In this document: in pieces, positions 12,200 through 22,230 of the stretch
How the letters are laid out: each line of letters starts with the position of its first letter
Position numbering within the stretch: the first letter of the stretch is position 1
Assembly (NCBI GenBank): GCA_032718475.1
Contig: JAUCBJ010005345.1
Coordinates: 1-58,996 of the forward strand
Direction of reading: 5' to 3'
Source of the DNA: Nemertoderma westbladi
Lineage: Eukaryota > Animalia > Xenacoelomorpha
DNA length: 58,996 nucleotides
Translations under genes and position numbers: made by a program
The notes under the pieces: generated by a model
What the model was told of the DNA's origin: nothing
The model's input: only the letters and a program-made list of their open reading frames with translations
The model's database searches: none

Positions 12200-13260
12200 T
12201 TTAATTGGGGTCTCAAGAAAGTCATGGGCTGTCCTCTGTCCGACATGCTTATTTCTCCATGGGGTAGCTTAAGCGCAAGATTGTGCACAGGCTAGTCCTT
12301 ACGGTGAAAACAATATCCTGCCATTGCAGGAGGCTGCTTTGTTGATGTGTCAATCATGGGGGAACCAATGACACCCCGATGTTATATCGTATCTGCTGTC
12401 TGGTTGGAGATGTGTACATTGTACAGAAAATAGATAACATACAGGTAACAGATGTCATCCACATGCTCAAGCATACCATCCTTTGAGCTTATGCTCATAC
12501 GATCAGACATTTCTTGAGGACTTTTAAAGTGAACAGTCAAAATTAGGAGTTCACAAAAAGACCAACACTACATGAATGAAGCCTGCTCTAATGAGCGTTG
12601 GGCTCTCTTTAGTGATTCTGATAGTACTCCCAAGTCATCAGCAAAATCGAGATCAGTTAGGTACCTACTTGGCTGGATTTCCTCGACTTCTGCAACCAGC
12701 AAGTGGAATTACAATCACCCCACCATCATTATGGTTAAGGAAATGCATAGAACATAGTCAACAACAATTCTAAATAAGAATGGTGGAAGTGTGTCACCCT
12801 AGAGGACACCCCAGTACACGTCAAATGGTTATGTGCCACCGTCAACAGTAGGCATAGACACAAATGTCGTTAATCTATCGTATAATGAGATGATTGCTGC
12901 AATAATTTCTTAAGGAATCCCATATAATGAAAGGAATCCCACATATGCTGAACATACATGAGTGAGGCACTGAATCAAAGAACTGAAATACTATAACATA
13001 ATAAAAATATTATTAATGCCATGCAATCCGCAATTGGCATGCTCTGCAACGCAACGTGCATAAAGAATGCAATACCGGCTTATCAACAGAATTGTGCTGT
13101 CACAACTCCATATCACCCTTGACTTTCGCGAGATGATCCACATCTTCAAGGCCAGTAGTGTCCTTTAGGAGGCATCTAAAAAAGTCGTGGGCTGTCCAGT
13201 CCACCATACTTATTTTCTCCATGAGGCTGCCAAAGCACAAGATTTTATAGTAATCCAGAG
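12200..13260 (-). mobile_element. Degenerate, internally deleted RTE fragments
   Basis: Blocks homologous to 37070-38050 (gtcatgggctgtcc, ccacatgctcaagcataccatcctttgagc, aagtcatcagcaaa) and a second 3' end at ~13030-13250. Confidence 0.75.
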
Positions 13261-15288
13261 TTTATAGTACAGGTGTGATGAAATCCTGGTGAAGTTGCGA
13301 GTTGGGTGGGACTACAGATGAAGTTAGGACAATTCGGATCCGAAATTCTTTTATGTTGGGTAAGAATTGTCCAGGTACGAATATTTGACCTTCTAACAGT
13401 AGGATGGTATTTTTTCAAAAAATATTCTTGTTACGGGAGCGATCCCTGAGGCACTTCGTCACCCAGAAAACCAATACGTCACCTCAAACAGTTATTAACC
13501 AAAATGGGAAATCTATTAGCACCATGGTTAGTAAGGACCACAAAGGTGAACTTACAACAAGGGATCCTTGCCAAAAGGGACAAATTGGATGTCATAAGAC
13601 CACGCAACCTTCCATATACATGTTAGCGTTCCATCCGATGCACGCCACCTGCTGGTAGAATGGGGAAAGGGGGGTAATTTACGTGTTATCCAATTACCCA
13701 ATATAATATTGCATACCGAGAGATGTGAGGTATTGCATTGATAGGTAAGGGATGGTTTAACACACATCTCAGGGATAAAGCCAATACAGGGTGGAGGAAA
13801 CTTGGGGGTATGAATGGGGGGAAAAACCAACCAATAGCTGTGGAGCACATGGACAATAATCGTGTATCTATTGGTAGGTCAACATGTAGGTAGGACTGTG
13901 ATAAGTTTCCATGTTGCTTCCGTGCAGTTTCCATGGATACAACATATATGTTACCCAATATTAATTATGTTCATTTGGCAATTATCTACTGTGGATGTCG
14001 AAAGGTTTTATACCATCATCGTCGTCGCCTAGTACTTACTGATTGTGCTGTGATCCGTTTATCGGTACTTATCAGCTATTATTAACAACGTTAAACCACA
14101 AACTCTTTTGTTATACACCGGCCTACGGCCTTTCAGCCATTGCAGTTGCTAGAACGCGGCGACGCGTACTGAACACGACACAAACACACCGTTCGGGATC
14201 CCGCGCCAACTCAGATCCCGTCACAATACAATATTAAAGTTAAGCTATTGTATTCATTATTATTTATTGGTGCAGTGTGTAACCATTTTAACACAGGCAG
14301 CAGCAGTGAGTCTCGGCAGTAGTGAGAGAGGGTATTAATTAGGAAACACAAACCGATTAATCATAAAGGGCATTAGCCAATAGTGAAGTAGCGACCGTGA
14401 CATCTCATTGGTCAGAACAGCAATAATCAAACCCCTATCAAGCTAACAGCAGCTTATACTACTGTAATGTCAATTTATATTCAGTACATGGGCATCTCAT
14501 TCCCTGAGAAGTCGCATTTAGTTTAACGATTCTGTTACTGCTGTAATATCAATTTATATACGTTGACTTACTACTGACTTGTGCTATTACTGGTAACTGT
14601 TTATTACCTATGATATTTTATTATACATAACATGGAAGCAGAAACAAGAAGCTAGTTTTCCCGAACGTCCAAAATAGTGACATCACAGCCTACATATACA
14701 TATGCATATGCCTACATATGCCTACACAGCTACAGAACCAGTTAAAACAGACTTTCACCCCAAAACTCTTATCACACGCTCGATAACCAGCCGCCCATTT
14801 ACTCTAACTCTAAGACACAGCCGGTTACCGTGACAGTTCTAGAAAAAAATGTGTTCTAGAACAATTTTTCTATATCAAAATCGGTAACTAACATGTGTTA
14901 TATAACATTTATGAATAAGTCGAAAAAACTAGCTACTATAAAAAAATGTGTTCTAGAACAAAAATATTCACCAAAATGGATGCTAACATGCGTTCTATAA
15001 CATTTTATAAAAAAAATTATCAAAAACTATAGCTAGTATAAAAAAAATCGATATAGCGTGCTTTCACTAGTCTGTATCCGGACAATTCTTACCTGTCAAA
15101 AAAAAATTTCGGGTACAAATTATCCGGGTACGAATTGTCTGGAGACCATCACAGATATGTGTGGTATCTCTATCTAAACAACATGTACCTGTAAATCTGC
15201 TAGTTTTGTATTTAAGTTTCTCTCTTACTGACAATTATAATATAAATTATAAAATTATATAATATTACCGTATATTTTATATTATTAC

Positions 15289-15439
15289 CTCCAGGCCATC
15301 CATGGGTATCTCCCTGTTATGACAAGAGACTTTGCGAAGTCGTTGAACTCGTAAACTCCAAGGTCTGGGATGCTACACCTGAAGTATGCATCCCCATCAA
15401 ATGTGATTATGGGAGTGTTGCAGGTCTGTAGAGTATCTC
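15289..15439 (-). CDS. Secreted beta/gamma-crystallin-domain protein, exon 3: (G)DTLQTCNTPIITFDGDAYFRCSIPDLGVYEFNDFAKSLVITGRYPWMAW(R)
   Basis: Acceptor tgtAG at 15441-15440, donor GTAATA at 15288; 151 nt, phase 1 in and phase 2 out. PDL...FND.AKSL..G..W Greek-key motif. Confidence 0.85.
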
Positions 15440-16246
15440 CTACAACAATAAGGATAAATTGAGAAAGAGGCGCAAAGTTTGAAGATAGAGAGAGGACTTT
15501 CGACACAATCAAATGTAGTGTTACAAACAAACCGTTCCATTTAATTATTTTTGACATACTTTTGAAAATATTACATTCTTGATCGTTTTGATTGACCCCA
15601 TCACCGTTTTTCCAAACACACACTTAACCTTAAATCCAGGGACACACCATGTTGGAGGGAATATACAGCTGTGTATAATTGTGTTAAATCTTGGTTTAAT
15701 ATAAACAATACAAAACGGGACATTTACATTTGACAGGCATATTTATAACCCAAATAATATGTCCTTCCCTCAATATTTCCAAAGCCCCTTTACCTATTAT
15801 TCAGCATGATCTCGAAAATATTTTTTTAATTATTGTCATAATTTACAGCTATTATTACAGCTAATTAGGCCTACAGTTTTACTGCAAACCCGGGGTCGCT
15901 ACCCCCCATATTTTCCCGGGTGTCTCTAATTATGATAATATGAATATGACTAATAATTATGATATCAAAAAAATATTTTTGTCAAAAGATAATTTATGAC
16001 TGCTGATGGACAAAGTTCCTGAATTCCAAACCCAACAAAATAATAGATTTCGGTGTGATTACAGTTTGGGTAGCAGAAAGACACAAGTTATTATTAGAAA
16101 ACCGCCGAAAAAATTTCACAATTATTGAACAGCACATCAATTGTGTTTCCCACATTATATCACACATCATCTACAATCTACAAATAGTCACGGCCTGAAC
16201 TAGTCACCCAGAACACGGCTCATTAACTAGTTGAACTATTCTGAAC

Positions 16247-17130
16247 TTACAGGCATACCCTCATGGCTGCCCTCACAAAGGATCGTATACCCTTAAATGG
16301 TATTGAAGAATCATCTTCCACGGGAATTTGAAAAAAACTCTTAGTAAGATGAGACTTAATAACAAACTTAGACAGTGAAAGTTTGTGTAATAATGTAATC
16401 TCATTTAGCAACAGCAGTGGGAATGCGCAGCAATACTGGCAAATATTTGTAAATGCAGTGAGTGACCTCTGAGATCTCTTGCCACCAATTGGTTTTTGCC
16501 TTTCAGGTTTGACGAGAACAGCCAATACATCAAGTTTATCATACTCGGTTTGAAGCACAGATAAGTTTTCTAAATTGTAAAATGGAATCTTCCCTTTGTT
16601 TGAGAAGGGATTACCGAACCTAAATTATTACCGGGGGGTGCGAATGTAAGTGGATCCAATTTTAGGTTCAAAAATATGATAGTATTTTTGCAACAACTCA
16701 TTTATGGGGGTGATTTAGTTGATTATCAGAATCAACTACAACTACAACACCACCGGGGTAAATTTATTCGCATTACTTCACCATACACATACTGTACATA
16801 TAATTTATTCCATGTATATGTATAATGTATACATTTACAACAGGCACAAAAATCACTAAAATATCATGGTGCCATTGTCTGGAACTCGTTAGATAACAGC
16901 CTAAAACAATGCAAATCTAAAAGATCACTCGCACACAAATTAAAAATGCAATTAATTTCTGAACTAAACTAAATAAACCAACAATATTGAACATAAGAGT
17001 ACCTAAAGTAAGAAAATTTAATTAATTAACACCTAACAGTAAAACCAATAATCACGTCTTAAACAAACTAAACACAAACCCAAACTCAGGGAAAGCAAAA
17101 ACCGTAATGTTTCTACCAAGGGTGACACCA

Positions 17131-17168
<38 letters not shown>

Positions 17169-17830
17169 CGCTGATGGAAGTCAACAACACTAGCATAAGC
17201 TACTGTTGACTTCTATCAGTGCGTAGCATTGTAACTTAGTAACGCCCCCAACCCCAATTCCTCACAACCTTTGTAATATAAATGAAAGGTGGCAGATATA
17301 TTTCCATCTTATCATTTCTCATCCATCCATATATTTTTTCATCTTTCTATGCGCGGTCGATTTGTGAAAAGAATAAATAAATCAAATAATTAAATCAAAA
17401 GTGGCATTGAATATAAGCAGGTAAATAAATGGCTATCTACTTTCTCCAACCGATATAAAATATTTAACCTATCAAGGGAAGGTATCATCTTTTCAGCTTC
17501 CAAAATTAATTTACCATTGTATAATATAGGTGAATCTGGAGACAATAAATTATTTTTAACATCTGAAACATCCATTTTCTGAAACATCCATTCTCTTCTC
17601 ACTTTAAATCCGCTAAGTTGAGGAATGTCAATTAGGAGCATGCGAAACCATAACCATAGTGATAAAGAATGCACTGCCACACCCATTTAAGAGAAGTGAT
17701 TTCCTTGACAATCGAGGAGCGGATGATAGAACTTGGAGCATGTGCCACAATATAACCTAACAGGCTCTAACTGTATGGCATTTTGGGCAGCAGACCACCA
17801 GACCTAATGGTATTTGACATCACATCAGCT
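16247..17830 (-). pseudogene. Decayed coding fragments of unknown protein, possibly OB-fold/Zn-ribbon, interrupted by a plus-strand LINE 3' end (~16760-17390)
   Basis: Coding-like minus-strand frames with stops: VRLYCGTCSKFYHPLLDCQG..LWLWFRMLLID and KIPFYNLENLSVLQTEYDKLDVLAVLVKP. Identity not established. Confidence 0.25.
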
Positions 17831-18266
17831 CAATAGTCAAATTTATGAAAAGAAAAACATTACAATAGTCCCATTTATGAAAAGAAAAACATTACAACCA
17901 TCATCTTTACAGATATAAAGTGTCAAGGTACCAAAACCTATATAGGCCTATTCTTGTGAATAGTATTTGATTGTAGCATAGATTTGAAAAAACACCCCAG
18001 CCACTATGCCAATAAGATGGAAAACAGAACTCTCAGTCCCTGATTGTAGCATGTATGTAATCCTGTAATCACTACTGCAGAACAGACTAACAACAAACTG
18101 GTATGCTGTACACAAGACAAACCTATAAACCTAATCATCAAATACCGGTGTGTACGTACATTGTACAACCTTAACTAAATAGTCCGCATCCAATAAATGA
18201 CAAGACAACGTACACTACTGGCGCTATAAATATACTGTTATTTAAAAGCACATTGGGGTTCCGAAC

Positions 18267-18421
18267 CTGCGTAGAATTCCTTACGGAACATTATGATTCC
18301 GTGTTCTGGTATGACTCTCAGAGAGCTCATTATATTAGAAGTAGACAGGTGGACTGATGAATAGCTCCCCGGTTCTAGAATATCAGTAACCCCGTCAAAC
18401 TCGTTTTCGTAAAGTATCCAT
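18267..18421 (-). CDS. Secreted beta/gamma-crystallin-domain protein, exon 2: (T)WILYENEFDGVTDILEPGSYSSVHLSTSNIMSSLRVIPEHGIIMFRKEFYA(G)
   Basis: Acceptor ttctAG at 18423-18422, donor GT at 18266-18265; 155 nt. Classic WxLYExxFxG...LEPGxY...SSLR crystallin motif. Missed by the ORF track. Confidence 0.88.
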
Positions 18422-18689
18422 CTAGAAATAGGAATTCAAATATTAATTATGTTCCAGAATTAACCCAAAATTTTTAGATTTGCAGTGTACTATGACTACT
18501 TGTTAATCATATAAAAACACTTGATCTTGTGCTACTTATGACTCATGGTAGCGAGGACTGTGGTAGTAGCTAGGGGCTCATGGCAGTAGCTGGGACCTGC
18601 GCTACTAGATCGGGGAGACTATAGTTTAGACACTTTGTAAACAATTAGATATCTCTATAACCCGCCTGCTGCATTGAAGCTGCACATGA

Positions 18690-19503
18690 GATGCTATGCT
18701 GGCTTAACAGAAATGGTACTCCATTGAGCAGCAGTAGAACTGGTACTACTGGTGACTACATAATCGGTCGTTAAGTTTACGGTGTATTTTGTGCGACTTC
18801 CAATTCTTAATCCAAATCAAATCTTCAAATTTAATGGAAAGCCCATTCAATGTTACCCATGCCTTTCCCTTACGTATTCGAAGGTCCTCACCTGACTTCC
18901 GGATCCATGATCCCAGGTAACAGAAGTCGTCCACATGCTCAAGCATACCATCCGTTGATATTATATTAAGCTCATATGATGAGACATTTCATGAAGACTA
19001 TCAAATTTAACTGTCAAAATTTTGGTCTTCTTGAATTTAACAAGAAGACCAACACTAGAAGCAGCCTGTTCTAATAATCTGAGGAGCCGCTGGGCTCCAT
19101 ATAATGATTCTGAGAGCACTCTTTAGTCATCAGCAAAGTCTAGATCAGTTAGGTACTTGGCTGGATTTCCTTGACTTTTGGTGTTACCATTAGCATTACC
19201 CCTATCATCATTACGATGATCTAAAGACATGCCATATTGCCATATAATAAACCAGAATTATGAATAAGATGGAGTAAGTGAGTCACCCTAGAGGTATAAG
19301 ACAAGACATATAATGATTCTGAGAGCACTCTTTAGTCATCAGCAAAGTCTAGATCAGTTAGGTGCTTGGCTGGATTTCCTCGACTTTTGGTGTTACCATT
19401 AGCATTACCCCTATCATCATTATAATGATCTAAGGACATGCCATATTGCCATATAATAAAACAGAATTATGAATAAGATGGTGTAAGTGTGTCACCCTAG
19501 AGG
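18690..19503 (-). mobile_element. Degenerate RTE fragment with an internal ~200-bp tandem duplication
   Basis: MLEHVDDFCYLGSWIRKSGEDLRIRKGKAW ORF at 18746-18946; 19100-19293 is repeated at 19308-19503. Confidence 0.8.
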
Positions 19504-19682
19504 AATGTCCATAAAACTACGAAACGTCGAATCACCATCAAATAATGTGGTAAAATAAAAAATATAAAGGATTATGTCCCTCCATAAATATCACTTAATA
19601 ACTAATTTTATTCTATTTCACTATCTATACTAACCAAATACTGAAATAATTTATTATTAGATAATTGGAACTTACGTGCCAC

Positions 19683-20129
19683 GGTGCACTACAACGCGGT
19701 GTGCGAGGATAGAAGGTTCTCCTTCACTCCCCTTGTTGGAACCACCGATGGGGTGTGGTGCAAGGAGACTGATATCTTCATCAGCCACCTCGCTGAGAGC
19801 CTTGTGGCTCGGCGGCAGGGGATGCGCGAACGTGGCCTAGCCTGCGTTCTCGGGGGAGTTCGGAGGCGGCTTCAGTTCGCGCTCCTCCGCTCTAACTCCC
19901 TCTGTCTGCGTGGTGGCCGGCGTCCCTGGAGGGCGCTTTGCTTTGGAGATGGTGCGGGTCTGAAAGGGAATGACCTCGCAGACCGGTATTAATCCACGGT
20001 GCACCATTTTTAACTGTATGTTTAATTGGTTTGTCTTAATTGTATTGTTCTGATTGGTGGTGGGATGTTGGATTGGTGCAGCTATATGTTTAATTTTATA
20101 TACAATTTTAATCAATATACTATATGTCC
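19683..20129 (+). mobile_element. 5'-truncated CRE/REL-type non-LTR element (second family) with 14-bp TSD
   Basis: FTPLVGTTDG..FISHLA..VRRRLQFALLRSNSLCLRGGR matches the C-terminus of the 7726-8352 protein. TSD AACTTACGTGCCAC at 19669-19682 and 20130-20143. Confidence 0.8.
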
Positions 20130-20136
20130 AACTTAC

Positions 20137-20345
20137 GTGCCACACTTTACGTCGACTGAACCAACTGCATCACTCATGTTTAGTGCAGCTAACTGCACCG
20201 TGTTGGTTTTGGTAGAGATTTCCACTTTCTTTCCGACGAGGTTGTCCTCTGGGTAGAGCTCTATGAGAGGATCACAGGGGTCTAGAGCTGTGACAGAGCT
20301 CATACTGACTACCATGACAATAAGTAGAAGTGAATTTATTGCCAT
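20137..20345 (-). CDS. Secreted beta/gamma-crystallin-domain protein, coding exon 1 (signal peptide plus Greek key 1)
   Basis: MAINSLLLIVMVVSMSSVTA (hydrophobic leader, VTA cleavage-like), then IELY..DNLVG...MSDAVGSVDVKCG(T). Donor GTAAGT at 20136-20131, phase 2. The four exons sum to 639 nt = 212 aa plus stop. Confidence 0.88.
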
Positions 20346-20491
20346 ATTGCAACAAATTACCTCAGTATTATGATTTTGAATTTATTTAAAATTCTTGTAA
20401 ATTGTATATTAATATTAATCTATCAAAATTGATATATTACTGTATTATTAGGCCAACTATGATATGTAACTCGGGAGGAATTGGCAGCGAA

Positions 20492-20497
20492 TTTATA
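20492..20497 (-). promoter_or_regulatory. Candidate TATA box of the crystallin-domain gene
   Basis: TATAAA on the minus strand in a locally GC-richer context (cctgccttataaattcgc), ~150 bp upstream of the ATG. Confidence 0.35.
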
Positions 20498-20929
20498 AGG
20501 CAGGCGAGAGAAATTCACAGAAGCAATGTAAGATAAATTGTAATGGCAGGTAGGAAAACTTTATACATCAAGTAAGAAAGCTTTACACGGCTGATACTCA
20601 TGCAGTACCCAGAGCTTAGTGATTAGACCTATTGTACGCCACCGGTACATGTACTGTAGACAGCCAAATTGTGTTCAGTTTTGTCGATTTAGCTACATAA
20701 AGAGCAACATCTCAAATAAAGAACAAAGAGCAACAGCACAATTCCAGGTAGGCCTATTAGCCAACCGCAGCTGAAGGATTTCTCAGGAGGCCAAGCAAGG
20801 AAATGTAGAGATAAATTCACAAAGGGAGACGGAATGGGTATTGAAATGAAGAGAGAGGTCTGTAAGGTAGGTAACTAACCACTGGGAAGCAGCACAACAA
20901 ACTTTTACTCCAATCATGTTTCTGCTTGT

Positions 20930-21510
20930 TGATAGCGAGCGGGCTTGCATGTTTGAATGCAATACATTTAAAGCTTTTGCAAGACGAGCCGCAATGGGTG
21001 TCTAGCAATTACTTTGAAATGTTTAAACAATTTATGCCAGTCAGTCAGCCAACGTGTATTGGGCTCGCCGCAGTGTGTCATGATGTGGTTGTCTGAACAC
21101 CATCTCAACAGTCTCACGTAGGACTATTCCATCCTCACTCCGAACTAACTGTGCCACTAACGTTTAGTAAGGGAGTCCCTTCGCTCGATCCTCCTTCAAC
21201 GGGAGGATCGCTTCAGGCACCAAGCTTAGTGATAAGTACGTCAATGATGTATTTAGCGTTGGCAGTAACGACCCCACTGAGAAGCTGAGAGAGGTCAATG
21301 CCCTACATCCTAATCTCAAGTTTACCCTTGAGATGTAGGTAGAGGGAGACTTGTCCTTTCGTGATTTTGTTGTCACTGGGGTTGACTATGCACTTTCAAT
21401 GACGCGGTATCGCAAGCCTACTGATACTGGGTTCATTCTCAATGCCACTGCGTGTGCGCTTGGGTTCTTCAAACGTGGCTTAGTTTGTGGTACAGTATAT
21501 TCCATCGCAT
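20930..21510. mobile_element. Penelope-like element fragments: RT thumb on plus (21170-21510), decayed GIY-YIG-like part on minus (20930-21150)
   Basis: NALHPNLKFTLE..LSF.D..YRKPTDTG.ILN...KRGLV is the Penelope RT C-terminal signature. Confidence 0.6.
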
Positions 21511-21516
21511 CTTTAA

Positions 21517-22150
21517 CCCTATTAAAGATGATCCCCCCCCCCCCCCGTAGTTTTTTTGTGTTAACTGAGAAACAAACGCAGTTAGGAATCTGAAATTTTA
21601 TGACTTTTCCTAAAAATCTTCCTATTTTGTCTTCCAAATGTCTTCCTAATAGTGAAAATAGTTTTCAAAAATATTGGGAAGTTTTCGAGTTATAGCATCA
21701 TTTTTTAACACTACTTTTGGCACTTTTTTTATACGTTTTTTGAAAATTACATTGCGCATGAAATAGGATTTGTAACATCTCTATTTTATATTTACACCAG
21801 TTTTTTGGTGTTTACAATTAGATGCAATTCATATAAATTAATTTAGACATTTCAAACTTTTTTCGGCGGGTGCCAAATTTTGGTGCCAACACCAACATTT
21901 TAAATATGTCAATTTTGTAAATTGATTGTTTGAACCGATTTTTGCGCAATAGTGGTTTTTGGGGGTACTGCTTTCGATGGAATATATACGAGTTGCACCA
22001 GGGTTATCAAACTTGTAATTTTCGGTGCTGTGTGCAAAATTTGGTGCCAGCACGAAATTTTTAAAATACATTCAATAGTTAAATTAATTGTGACAACGTG
22101 TTTCTCGCGTTTTGGAGGTTTATGACGGTTCTGAATTCAAGGGAATAAAT
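21517..22150. mobile_element. Truncated second copy (left end) of the piggyBac-like element
   Basis: TTAA|CCCTATTAAA start, collinear with 9615-10240; truncated at the satellite junction. Confidence 0.7.
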
Positions 22151-22230
22151 AATTAATATGGAAGCGAGTGGTGTGATTGTACATCACACCACTCGCTTCC
22201 ATATTAATTATTTATTCCCTTGAATTCAGA

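Noticed and set aside
13400-14240. Penelope- or DIRS-like relic with a hammerhead ribozyme
   Set aside because: Only vague similarity; no intact CTGATGA...GAAA core or diagnostic protein motif could be confirmed.
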